This document shows positions 16,590 to 27,500 of a stretch of 45,689 bases of DNA, piece after piece. How positions within the stretch are numbered: position 1 is the first letter of the stretch; every line of letters begins with the position of its first letter. This stretch comes from a virus (Duplodnaviria; Caudoviricetes). The stretch is taken from positions 1-45,689 of the IMG/VR virus record IMGVR_UViG_3300025875_000051; one strand, 5' to 3'. The position numbers were made by a program, and so were the translations under genes. The notes below the pieces were generated by a model. The model was given only the letters and a program-made list of their open reading frames with translations, did no database searches and was not told the DNA's origin.

Positions 16590-18391
16590 TGGGTGCTGCG
16601 CGGCTCTACAGGGCGGGAATGCCCTTCAACACGGTTGATTTGCCGGAAGTCGATTATGTGCAATCGGCAGACGTGATCTATTTCGCGCACCTCAACTATC
16701 CGCCGTCGAAGCTGACGCGCTCGGGGCATACGTCGTGGGCCTTTGCCGAAGTGACGTTCGGCCCCACGATCACCGCGCCGACCGGCGTTGTCGCGACCGC
16801 CTCGAAGCCCAACACCGACGCGGCGAACAACGGCGATAATTACTGGCTGCGGACAGCGCACTATGCCGTGGCGGCGGTGAATGAGGCGGGGCAAATCTCG
16901 CGCCTGTCTGCGCACGCGACCGCCAGCAATGATCTGTCGCTGAAGGGCAATCTCAATACGATCACATGGACGGCGCACCCTGACGCCGAGTTCTACGTCG
17001 TGTTCAAGCGCGATAACGACGGGACGTTCGGCTATATCGGCCGCGCCGAAGAGGCACGTTTCGTTGATGGCGAGGGCGGGATCGCGCCCGATTATGCGGA
17101 CGGGCCGCGCGTGGGCGAGAACCCGTTTGCCGGGCCGGGGGATTACCCCTCGACCGTGACGTTCCACCAGCAGCGGCTTTTGTGGGGCAGGACGCGGAAC
17201 AAGCCCAACGGGATATGGGGATCGCAAGCGGCTGACTTCGAGAACATGGACCGCTCGCGCCCCTCGAAGCCCGACGATGCCCTGACGATGGGGCTCGTCT
17301 CGGATCGGGTGAACGCGGTCGAGCAACTGGCTTCCCTCCGCTCGCTGCTGGCGCTTACGTCGGACGGCATTTTCGCGATCAACGGCGGGCAGCAGGGCGA
17401 TCCCATGACCGCGACGCAGATTGTGGCCGATCGCCAGGTTGGGCGCGGTGCCTCGCGGCTCAATCCGATCGTGCTCGATAGCGTACTGTTCTTCCGGCCA
17501 AACCAAGGGTCGAGCGTGCGGACGCTGGGCTATACGTTTGAGGTCGATGGCTACAAGTCGAACGACGTGGCGATCTTCTCTCCGCACTTTTTTGACGGCT
17601 TCGAGATTGTATCGTGGGCGCACCAGCAAGAGCCCTATTCTGCGATATGGGCGGTGCGCTCGGACGGGAAATTGCTGTGCCTGACCTGGGAGCAGGAGCA
17701 ACAGGTGTGGGGCTGGACGCTGTGCGAGTTTGCTGGCTTCGTCGAAAGCGTGGCGGTCATCACCGAACGCGGGATGGATCGGGTCTATCTGGCGATCCGG
17801 CGCACGCTGGCGGGGCAGGAGCAAGTGCTGATCGAGCGCATGGCCCTGCCGCTGCTGGTGGCGGATGATCTGGTCGATAGCTGCTATCTCGATTGCGCGG
17901 TGACGCAGAAGTACGATCCGCCGCGCGATGTGGTCGATCAGCTATGGCACCTCGAAGGCGAGGCGGTCACGGCCTTTGCGGACGGCTATGTGGTCGAGGG
18001 GTTGACGGTCACGGGCGGCAAGGTGGCGCTCGGCTTTGCCGCATCGACGGTGACAGTGGGCCTGCCCTACTCGGGCGAGATTGAAACGCTTCCCCTGACG
18101 CTCATGGGCCAGCAGGGCAGCGCGCATGTCTCCCGGCAGATGATCGAGGAAGTCACGGTGCGGGTCGAGAAGACGCGCGGGATCAAGGTGGGCGCCTCGG
18201 GCGGGGAATTGTTCGAGGTCAAGCAGCGCGAGTACGAAGGGCTCGACCAGCCGATTGACCTGAAGACGGGCGACTATGACGTGCGGCTGTCGGCGGCATG
18301 GAGCAACGCGGCGACGGTGCGGGTGGTGCAGGACTATCCCCTGCCCGCGACGATCAATGCGCTGTTCCTGAAGCCTCGGGTGACGAAATAG
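16589..18391 (+). CDS. Tail tubular protein B (nozzle), main C-terminal part
   Basis: YVQSADV.Y..H..YPP..L.R, YPS.VTFHQQRL, QQEPYS..W.VRSDG.L, LWHLEGE.V...ADG. TAATG coupling at 16587-16591. Confidence 0.88.
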   Translation: MGAARLYRAGMPFNTVDLPEVDYVQSADVIYFAHLNYPPSKLTRSGHTSWAFAEVTFGPTITAPTGVVATASKPNTDAANNGDNYWLRTAHYAVAAVNEAGQISRLSAHATASNDLSLKGNLNTITWTAHPDAEFYVVFKRDNDGTFGYIGRAEEARFVDGEGGIAPDYADGPRVGENPFAGPGDYPSTVTFHQQRLLWGRTRNKPNGIWGSQAADFENMDRSRPSKPDDALTMGLVSDRVNAVEQLASLRSLLALTSDGIFAINGGQQGDPMTATQIVADRQVGRGASRLNPIVLDSVLFFRPNQGSSVRTLGYTFEVDGYKSNDVAIFSPHFFDGFEIVSWAHQQEPYSAIWAVRSDGKLLCLTWEQEQQVWGWTLCEFAGFVESVAVITERGMDRVYLAIRRTLAGQEQVLIERMALPLLVADDLVDSCYLDCAVTQKYDPPRDVVDQLWHLEGEAVTAFADGYVVEGLTVTGGKVALGFAASTVTVGLPYSGEIETLPLTLMGQQGSAHVSRQMIEEVTVRVEKTRGIKVGASGGELFEVKQREYEGLDQPIDLKTGDYDVRLSAAWSNAATVRVVQDYPLPATINALFLKPRVTK

Positions 18392-18396
18392 CGGCG

Positions 18397-18858
18397 ATGA
18401 TCGAGGTGGTGCCCGCCTCGCCCGCGCATATCGGAACCCTCGCAGCGAGGATGCGGCCGATCGACCGGCTGGAATGCGCTGTTTTCGGTCATAGTCCGAA
18501 GGCTGCGTTGCGCGCCTCAATGCGCGATGCATGCATGGCGTTCACCGCGAAACTGGACGGGCGGCCCGAAGCGATGTTCGGGGTTGCGACCGTCTCGATG
18601 CTGGAAGGGATCGGCAGTCCGTGGCTGCTGCTGACCGATGACGGCGCGCGGCAGGGCAAGGCGCTGGTGAGGATGGGCCGCAATGTCACGCGGCTGTTCG
18701 AGCGCGAGTTCCGCGTGCTGCGCAACAATGTCCATGCCGACAATGAAACAGCGATCCGGTGGCTGGGGCACCTTGGCTATACGGTGGGGCCGCCCTTTGA
18801 TATGCACGGGCATTCGATGCGACCATTTCAATTAAATCGTGACGCCCATTACGAATAG
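18397..18858 (+). CDS. Internal virion protein A / gp13-like GNAT-fold protein
   Basis: MR..DR.EC...G.SP..AL...PWLL.T...L.N.V...N..AIRWL..LG; conserved position after the nozzle. Confidence 0.75.
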   Translation: MIEVVPASPAHIGTLAARMRPIDRLECAVFGHSPKAALRASMRDACMAFTAKLDGRPEAMFGVATVSMLEGIGSPWLLLTDDGARQGKALVRMGRNVTRLFEREFRVLRNNVHADNETAIRWLGHLGYTVGPPFDMHGHSMRPFQLNRDAHYE

Positions 18859-18867
18859 GAGCGCCCC

Positions 18868-19374
18868 ATGTGCCCCCCTCCCGTTTTGCTTCTCGCCGCA
18901 ACTGCCGTCTCCGCAATGGGGACCGTTGTAAGCGGCATTGGACAGGCGCAGTCGCAGCGGTTCGCGGCCAAGGTCGCTGATCGCAACGCGGCGCTCGACC
19001 GGCGCGCGGCGCAGGATGCACTCGAACGCGGCCGGATCGAGGAACAACGCCAGTACCGCAAGAACGCGCAGGTGATGGGCGCGCAGCGGGCGGCGATGGC
19101 GGCCAACGGAATTGAAGTGGACTTCGGATCGGCGGCCGACCTTCAGCGCGATACGAAAGAGGTCGGCTGGCAGGATGCGCAGACGATACGCGAGAACGCG
19201 ATGCGCGAGGGCCGTGGCTTCGAAATCAACGCCTGGAACAGCGAGGCGCAAGCCTCGGCCAGCCGCTCGGCGGCGAACGCGGCGATGGTGGGCACGGTTT
19301 TCGATGTGGGCTCGACGGTGCTCTCGGGAGCGCAGAAGTACCGCAAGGCCCAAGCGCAGAAGTGGAAACCTTAA
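18868..19374 (+). CDS. Internal virion protein B (gp14-like ejection protein)
   Basis: MC.P hydrophobic start, Ala/Gln-rich helix, G.QRAAMAANG....GS. Confidence 0.8.
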   Translation: MCPPPVLLLAATAVSAMGTVVSGIGQAQSQRFAAKVADRNAALDRRAAQDALERGRIEEQRQYRKNAQVMGAQRAAMAANGIEVDFGSAADLQRDTKEVGWQDAQTIRENAMREGRGFEINAWNSEAQASASRSAANAAMVGTVFDVGSTVLSGAQKYRKAQAQKWKP

Positions 19375-21576
19375 ATGCCTCGCGTGCCAGTGGTCGAAGA
19401 ACAGCAGCCGCTTCGCGGCGTTGCCGGGTCGCGGTTTCAGGCGCCCGATACCGGCGCGGGGGCGCGCGCGATCGGCGGCGCGGTGCAGCGCCTTGGCAAT
19501 GCGGTCGGACAGGCGGCGGAGGTCGAGGACGAAATCCTGACGACTTACGCGACCGCGCGCGCGAAGGCTCTTGATAACGAGTTCGTGAATTGGGAGCGCG
19601 AAACCCTCCACGGTGAGAACGGCTATTATCGCCAGCAGAACGCCGACGCGCTGGACGCTCGCGGCGGCACGCAAGAGGCCATCGACAAACAGGTGGGCGC
19701 GCTGCTGGAAAAGACGCAGGATCACCGCGAGCGGACGATGCTGGAAGATGTGCTGAACCGGCGCCGCCAGCAGGCGTTCGACGGCATTGCCCGCCATGCG
19801 CAGGGGCAGGCGCGGAACTTCGCTGTCACGCAAAGCCAAGCGCGACAGGCGAACGCGTCGGATAATTACGCGCGCTATGTGTGGAGCGATCCAGCCCTTG
19901 CGGCTGAAAACCGGGCCACGCTGCTGTCGGAATTGGCGGCGGAAAACGATCTGCTGGGCTTTAACGATCCTGCGGTCATTGAGGCGCGGCGCGGCGCGGC
20001 GCTGTCGGGGTTGCACGAAGGCGTGGTCGAGGCGACGGCGCTGGGTGATCCGCTGAAGGCGCAGCAGTACCTCGACGACAATTTTGACGAAATGGACGGC
20101 AGGACGGCCAGCCGCTTGAACGCCAAACTTTATCCGATGCTGGTCGATAACGACACAGACGACATTGCGAATATGGCGATGGGACTGGCAACGCCGGGTG
20201 AGGTGCCGGAGGTTTCGGAGAGCGGCGAGGGCGAGGTGTACGCCATGCCGGTCGCGGGCGCGATCAGTTCGGGCTTCGGGATGCGGGTGCATCCGATCAG
20301 CGGACAGCGGAAGATGCACCAAGGCATCGACATACCGGGGCCAACGGGGGCGCCGGTCGGCGCGGCATTGTCGGGTGTGGTGCATCGGGTGGTGCCGGAG
20401 AAAGACGCGGGCGGCTTCGGCAACTTTATCGAGGTCAAGCACGCGAACGGGGACATTACGCGCTACGCGCATTTGTCGGCTGTGAACGTCAAGAAGGGCG
20501 ATAAGGTCGCGCGCGGCCAGCGCATCGGCGCGGTCGGCTCCACGGGCAACAGCACCGGCCCGCACCTTCATCTTGAGACGATCCGCGACGGCCAGCGCGT
20601 CGATCCGAAAACGGTGATTGGCTCGGCTGGCCCGGCCGCCGCGTCGGAACCGCGAAGCACCGGCAGCGATCTTGCCGCGCAATTGCAATGGGTCGAGGAT
20701 CACGTTGCGACGAACTACGCCGATCGGCCGCCGCAGTACCGCCGCGATATGCTGGAAGGCGCAAAGGCCAAGATACGCCAGCGGCACAATCAGGCGGAAG
20801 CCGATCGCAATGCTGCTGAAACCGAACAGTGGGACGCGGCGCTTGAGGTGGTGGCCAATCTCAACGGCGGCGCGGGTTTCACCGATGTTAAGCAGGTGCC
20901 GGGCTATTACGATCTGCCGGGCGCGCGGCGCATCCAGCTTCAGAATATGGCGGAAGCGAACCGGAACGCGGCGGCGAGCGGGCAGGCCATTGAGACGGAC
21001 TGGCAGTTCTACGCGGGCATCCACCAGGCGGCCAGCACCAACCCCTCCTTGCTGCGGCAGGTTGACCCTGCGGAGGCGCGGCGGAGGCTGGGCGATACCG
21101 AATACAAGGAGTTCTTGAGGCTTCAGAACCCGAAAGGGGGCGCGAAGGATGCTGCGAAGTCGCTCACCATGTCCGATATTCTGACCTACACGCGGCGGTC
21201 GCTGATCGGTGAGGGCTACGCGCTGGGCGACAGCAAGAAGGGTCGCCAAGACGCGCCGGAGGTGAACCGCTTTCTCCAACGGATGCACGCGGAAGCGGAG
21301 CGGTTTAAGGAGCGTGAGGGTCGTTGGCCTACCGCCGAAGAAGTGCGCAAGCATGGCGACCGGCTGTTGCTGGAAGGTACGGCAGCTAACCCCGACGCGA
21401 GGCCGTGGCAGAGCAGTCGCCGCACGGTGCGCGCGTTTGAAGTACCGGGCAATACGCCGATCCGGTATGAGGTGCCCGCCAATGTTAGGTCCATGATTAA
21501 GAAAGAGTTTCCTGACGCGAGCCCGCAAGAAGTGCTCGACATTTATCTGCGCAACAAGGGCAAGGGTGACTGGTGA
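19375..21576 (+). CDS. Internal virion/ejection protein (gp15-like) with M23 peptidase domain
   Basis: Helical body. M23 motifs HQGID (20317), YAHL and STGPHLH (HLH at 20563). Confidence 0.85.
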   Translation: MPRVPVVEEQQPLRGVAGSRFQAPDTGAGARAIGGAVQRLGNAVGQAAEVEDEILTTYATARAKALDNEFVNWERETLHGENGYYRQQNADALDARGGTQEAIDKQVGALLEKTQDHRERTMLEDVLNRRRQQAFDGIARHAQGQARNFAVTQSQARQANASDNYARYVWSDPALAAENRATLLSELAAENDLLGFNDPAVIEARRGAALSGLHEGVVEATALGDPLKAQQYLDDNFDEMDGRTASRLNAKLYPMLVDNDTDDIANMAMGLATPGEVPEVSESGEGEVYAMPVAGAISSGFGMRVHPISGQRKMHQGIDIPGPTGAPVGAALSGVVHRVVPEKDAGGFGNFIEVKHANGDITRYAHLSAVNVKKGDKVARGQRIGAVGSTGNSTGPHLHLETIRDGQRVDPKTVIGSAGPAAASEPRSTGSDLAAQLQWVEDHVATNYADRPPQYRRDMLEGAKAKIRQRHNQAEADRNAAETEQWDAALEVVANLNGGAGFTDVKQVPGYYDLPGARRIQLQNMAEANRNAAASGQAIETDWQFYAGIHQAASTNPSLLRQVDPAEARRRLGDTEYKEFLRLQNPKGGAKDAAKSLTMSDILTYTRRSLIGEGYALGDSKKGRQDAPEVNRFLQRMHAEAERFKEREGRWPTAEEVRKHGDRLLLEGTAANPDARPWQSSRRTVRAFEVPGNTPIRYEVPANVRSMIKKEFPDASPQEVLDIYLRNKGKGDW

Positions 21577-24500
21577 TGCCGGGTTGGGCAGATAGGGAGC
21601 GCGCGCGGCGCGCATCGCAGGATCAGGACACGGCGCCGACGAATGGCCCGGCATGGGTGCAGCGCGAGCGGCTGCGGCAGGCAGGGCACGCGAACGTCGA
21701 AGACGCGCTGGTTGCCGCCTACGGGAGCGACCTGACGCCGGAAGCGGCGCAGCAGACCAGCAACCTCGCGCGGCAGACGGGCGTTCCGTTCGACGTGGCC
21801 AGCCGCAATCAGGCCGAACTTCAGAAGCGCCAGCGGTTCACGAAACTGCGCGGCATCATGCAGGACGCGCCGGATTATCTGCGGACCTATCTTTCCGATC
21901 CGCGCAACGTGCAGGGCGCCGATCTGGACGACGTGCAGGGGCTCAAGAAGCTGGCCCGCGCGCATGAATACTGGCGCGAGCGGCTGAAGGATCAGGGCTC
22001 GATCAAGGCACTGCGGACGGAAGCCAACACCTCGACCTACCTGACCGGCCTGTGGACCAGCCTGACGGAGCGCACGAAGGCGACCGGGCAGGGCTCGCGC
22101 ATGGTCGCAAGCGATCTATCGACGCGGCTGGGTATCCGCAGCGAGCGCGAGAACGCGCGGACGGTTGCCGACGCATCGCGGCGCATCGACAGCGCGCAAG
22201 GTCATATCCAGATGACCACGCCGCAATTCGAGAGCGGCACGGCGCAGGGTGTTTATTCCGGCCTGTCGAGCACCTTGCAGCAGTTGCCCGCGCTCGCGGT
22301 CGGCGCGGCGACGGGCGGTGCGGGCGCGCTGGCCCTCATGGGCGGGCAAGTCGGGCTCGAAGCCTATGGCAAGTATCGCGCGCGCGGCGGCACCGCTGGC
22401 GAGGCGCTGCTGGGCGGCGGCGGTGAGGCGGCGGTCGAGGTCGCGACCGAACTTGGCCCGACGAAGTTCCTGCTGGGCGCGCTCAAGGGCACCGGCTGGG
22501 CGAAGAAGCTGGGCTACAGCTTCGGGTCGGACGTGGCGGGCGAGCAGGTGGCCACGATGGCGCAGGACGCGCTCGACACGGCCATTGCCAATCCCGACGC
22601 GACCTGGGCGCAGTATTGGGCGGAGCGGCCGGAAGCGGCCTACCAGACGTTCATCGCGACCCTGACGCAATCGGCGGTCATGGGCGGCGGTGTCGGTGCT
22701 CTACGGCTCGCCACGCGCCAGCAGGAAGCGCAGGCGGGTGCCGACGTGCTCGACACGATCATGGCCACGTCGGCCGATATCAAGCAGCGGCAGAACGATC
22801 CCGAGGGCTTCCGCGCCTACATCGACGGGCTGGCGCAGGGCACGCCGATCGAGAACGTGCATATCCCTGCTGAAGCGGTGCGCGCGCTGTTTCAGGACGG
22901 GTTCGAGGCCGATGACTTCTGGAACGGCTACGCGGAGGAAATCAGCGAGGCGGAGGCAATCGGTGGGGACGTGGTGATCCCGCTGGCCGATGTGGCGACG
23001 CATCTTGCCGGGACGCCACAATGGGACGTGCTGAAGGACGAAGCGCGGTTCTCGGCGGGCGGCATGTCGCTGGCGGAACTGGCCAGCCTCGAAGAGACGT
23101 ACCGCGCCGACATTGAGCAGCAGCAGGGCGCGATGGCGGAGCAGATGCGCGCGGCGATGGAAGCCGCTGCGCCCGCCGCACAGGTGTTCGACCGCTACAA
23201 TCAAGCCTTCCTCGATGCAGGGTTCCGTCCCGATGTGTCGCGCGCCTATGCGATGCACTGGGCGGAGAACCGACGCGTGCGTGGCGAGGCGCTGGGCATG
23301 AACGCGCTAGAATATGACCAGCAGAACCCGGTCGAGATTACGCGCCGCCTGCCGGAGAAGCTGGCGGGGCAGGTGCGGCAGGCGGATGGGCTCGACATTG
23401 CGATTGCGGCGATGCGCGGCGGCAAGGCACCGGGCACGAATGACGGGCCTTCGCTGGTCGAGTTCATTGCGAGCAAGGGCGGGGTCGAGGACGTTGGCGG
23501 CGATATCGCGTCGATGGGCGGCAACGACTGGCACCGCGACAAGAAGTTCCGGCGCAAGCTGCTGAAGGACTTTGTGCCGACGCAAGGCACGATCTTGGGC
23601 GAAGAGTACAACCCCAACTCGATCGAGAACCTGTTCGCAGCGGCGATCCATGAGGGGTATTTCCCTGATCTGCTGGCGGCTTGGGCCGACCGCGCCGAGA
23701 AGCTGGACACGGGCATTTTTCTCGAAGCGGTGGGCGCGGAGTTGAGCGGGGCACCGATCTACCGCCATGATCCGAACAAGGAGACGGAGACGGCGCGCGT
23801 GCGCGAGGCTGCGGAAGAACTGCGGCGCGTGCTGATCGAGGCCGATATTGATCCCGACACGGCGACGCGGAAAGAGATTGAGGCGGTGATCGACCGGCAG
23901 CAGGCCGGGCAGGGACCGGACGGGCGGGCGTTGGAGCAATACGTCGGCACCTTCGACCCGGCCGATCCGCGCATCCTGCACCAGAACAATCGCGGGCGCG
24001 TGTCGGGCGGTATTATCTCCGGTACACCGGGGCCGACGCTCATAGAGCTATTTGACAACAGCGATTTAAGTTCCGTCATTCACGAAACCTCGCACGTTTG
24101 GCTTGAGGAACTGGAGCGCGACGCGGCGCACCCCGACGCGCCCGACTGGCTGCGGCGGGACTGGCAGACGGTGCAGGACTGGTTCGCGGAGAACGGCCAG
24201 CCGGTCGCCGCCGATGGCACGATCCCTGTCGAGGCGCACGAAATGTTCGCCCGCGCGGGAGAGCAGCACGCGATGGAAGGCAAGGCGCCTTCGTCGGCGC
24301 TGCGCAGCGTGTTTGCCGGGTTCCGTCGCTGGCTGCTGCGGGTCTATGAGGTGGTGCAGAACCTCCGCACGCCGCTGAACGATGAGGTTCGGCGGGTGTT
24401 CGACCGCATGGTGGCGACGCAGGACGAAATCGACGCGGCGGCCGATCACCAAAATATTGACGCGCGGTTTGCCAACGCGGCGCAGGCGGGCATGACGGAG

Positions 24501-27500
24501 GCGCAGTTCGCCGCCTACCGGCAAGTCGCGGACGAAGCGCGCAACGAAGCCTATGACGCGCTCCTGTTCCGCACGATGGCCTCGCTGCGGCGCGAGCGCA
24601 CCGCCGAATGGAAAGCGCAGCGCGCCAAGGTGCGCGAGGAAGTGGCGGCTTCGGTTCACAATCGCCCGATGTTCCGCGCCTATCATCTGCTGCGCACGGG
24701 CCGGTTCCTCAACGAACCGGGTCGCGAGCCGGTCAAGGTGAAGCTGGATCGCGAATGGCTGGTGGAACGCTACGGCGCCGACGCGCTCGGGCTGATCCCG
24801 AAGATGGTCCCGCCGCTCTACAAGGCGGACGGGCAGGACGCAGACCTGATCGCGGAAATGTCGGGTTTCGCTTCTGGCGACGAAATGGTGCGCGCCCTCA
24901 TGGGGATCGAGCAGCAGCGGCAGCTTATGCGCGAGGCCGGGATGCGCGGCAATGTGATGGAGCGGGTCATTGACGATGAAACCGCTGCGATCATGGAAGA
25001 ACGGTACGGCAACCCGCTCGATGATGGCTCGATCGAAGACGAAGCAATGGCGGCCATCCACAATGACAGCCAGGGCGATGTGATCGCTGCCGAGAACCGG
25101 GCGCTGTCGCGGCGCACCAACAAGCGCCCGACTGCCTATTCGATGGCGCGGGAGTGGGCGCGGCAGAAAGTCGCATCCGGCCGGGTGGTGGACGTGGCCA
25201 GCCGCTCCGCGATCCAAGGCTATGCGCGGGCGCAGGCGAAGGCGGCCAATGCTTTCGAGCAAGCCCTGCTGGCCGATGATGTGGAAGAGGCGTTCCGCCA
25301 GTCTGAAATCCGGCTCATCAATCACGCGCTGATCGTCGAAGCGAAGAAGGCTGCTGACCTGATCGACAAGGCGGTGGAGCGGCTGGGCAAGATCGCGAAG
25401 ACCCGCACGCGCAAGAGCATCGACCAAGGCTATCTGGAACGGGCGCACGCGCTGCTGGCGAAGTTCGAGTTCCGCCCGCGCTCGCAAAAGGCGCTGGATG
25501 AAATGGCTGCGTTCGCGGATTGGGCGGCGGGGCAAGCCGCGCTCGGGATCGACGTGAAGGTGCCGCCGCGTCTGGAAGCCGATGGCGAGCATTGGAGCCG
25601 CGTCACGGTCGAGGAACTGATCGGCCTCGACGAGAGCGTAGCGCAGCTTATCCACCTCGGACGCAAGAAGCAGGAGTTCATCGACGCGGGCGAGAAGCGC
25701 GACTTCGATCAGGTGGTGGCGGAAGCGATCGCCGTGATGGAGAGCGTCCCGCAGCGCAAGCGCAGCGACCGTATGACGCCGACGCGGTGGGAAGAGTTCA
25801 AGACGGACGTGGCAACCGCCGATGCGGCGCTGCTCAAGATGGAAAGGGTTATCGACTGGCTCGACGCGGACGATCCGAACGGGGTGTTCAACCGGCTTGT
25901 GTTCCAGCCGCTCGCGGAAGCGCAGCACAAAGAGCGCGAGATGATCGACGAATATATCGGCGCGGTGAAGACGGCTTTCGGCAAGCTGCCGAAGGGCACA
26001 CATAAGCGGTGGGCTGAACCTATCAGGACCGAACTGCTGGACCCCGAAACGGGGCGCCCGTTCGTGCTCACGCGGCAGGACTTGGTTTCGGCGGCGCTCA
26101 ATATCGGCAACGAAGGCAATCTGGCGAAGCTGGTCGGCGGCTACAGGTGGAACGAAGAAGCCTTGATGCGGGTGCTCGAAGCCGAAATGCGGCCGGAGGA
26201 CTGGGCCTTCGTGCAAGAAATGTGGGACCTGGTTGAAACCCTTTGGCCGCAAATTGAGGCGATGGAAAGGCGTGTGAACGGGGTGGCTCCGCCGAAAGTC
26301 GAGCGGCGCGAGTTCTCGGTCACGTCGGGCGGGCAGACGATCCAGATGGCGGGCGGATACTATCCCGTCGTCTATGACCCGACGCGCGATCAGGACACGA
26401 AGGCGCAAGCGGCGAAGAACGACGATCTGTTCTCTGCCTCTTACGGGCGAGCCACGACTTCGCAGGGCTTCACGAAGGAGCGTACACAGGTCAAGCGGCC
26501 CGTGCTGCTGTCGCTGTCGGTGCTCAACCGCCATCTTGGCGAGGTGATCCACGACATCACGCATCGCGAACCGATCATGCAGGCGGATAAGCTGCTGTCG
26601 GATCGGCGCATCATCAAGGCGGCGACCGATGCGATCGGAGCGCCGATCTTCGACCAGTTCCGGCCGTGGCTCCGGCATGTTGCGAATGAGTGGGCGGTCG
26701 ATCATCGCGGGCTTGGCACTTGGGAGCGGATTGCGAAGTCGCTGCGGTCGCGTGCCACGATGATGGGTATGGGCCTGCGGCTCACGACAATCGTGGCGCA
26801 GGGCGCGGGCTATGCGGGCATCATGGAAATGATCGGGCCGCGCTGGATGGCCTCGGGTGCGAAAGCGGTGGGCGATCCGACGCGCGAGGAAGCCGCGTTC
26901 GAGTTCGTCATGTCCCGATCCAAGGAAGTGCCGCACCGCATGTCCACGATGGACCGGGATATCAACGCGAACCTCAAGGAAATGCAGGGCCAGACCAGCA
27001 TGGATGCGCAGGTGCGGCGCTTCGCCTTCCACGGGATCGGCTATGCCGACCGGGCGGTGGCCATCCCCGGCTGGCTCGGCGCTTACAACAAGGCGCTGCA
27101 CGAAGGCATGATCGAGAGCGAGGCGATCCACTACGCGGACAAGGTGATCCGCTCGACGCAGGGCGCGGGCGCGGCCAAGGACTTGTCGGCGGTGCAGCGC
27201 GCGACGGGCTGGCAGCAGCTTGCGACGATGTTCTATTCCTACGCTGCCGCCTTCTACAATCGCCAGCGGGCGCTCGGGCGAGACGTAAGCCGGGCGGCGC
27301 AGGAACGCGACGCGGCGGCGCTGCCCGGCCTGCTGGCGCGGTCGTGGTGGCTGTTCGCGGTGTCGCCGCTGCTGGGCTCCTTGCCCTCGGCCATGATGGG
27401 CGGCGGCGGGCCGGAGGATGATGAGACGTGGACGGAGTGGGCCGCGTGGACGATGTTTGCAAACCTGTTCTACGGTATCCCGCTTGTGCGCGACGTTGCG

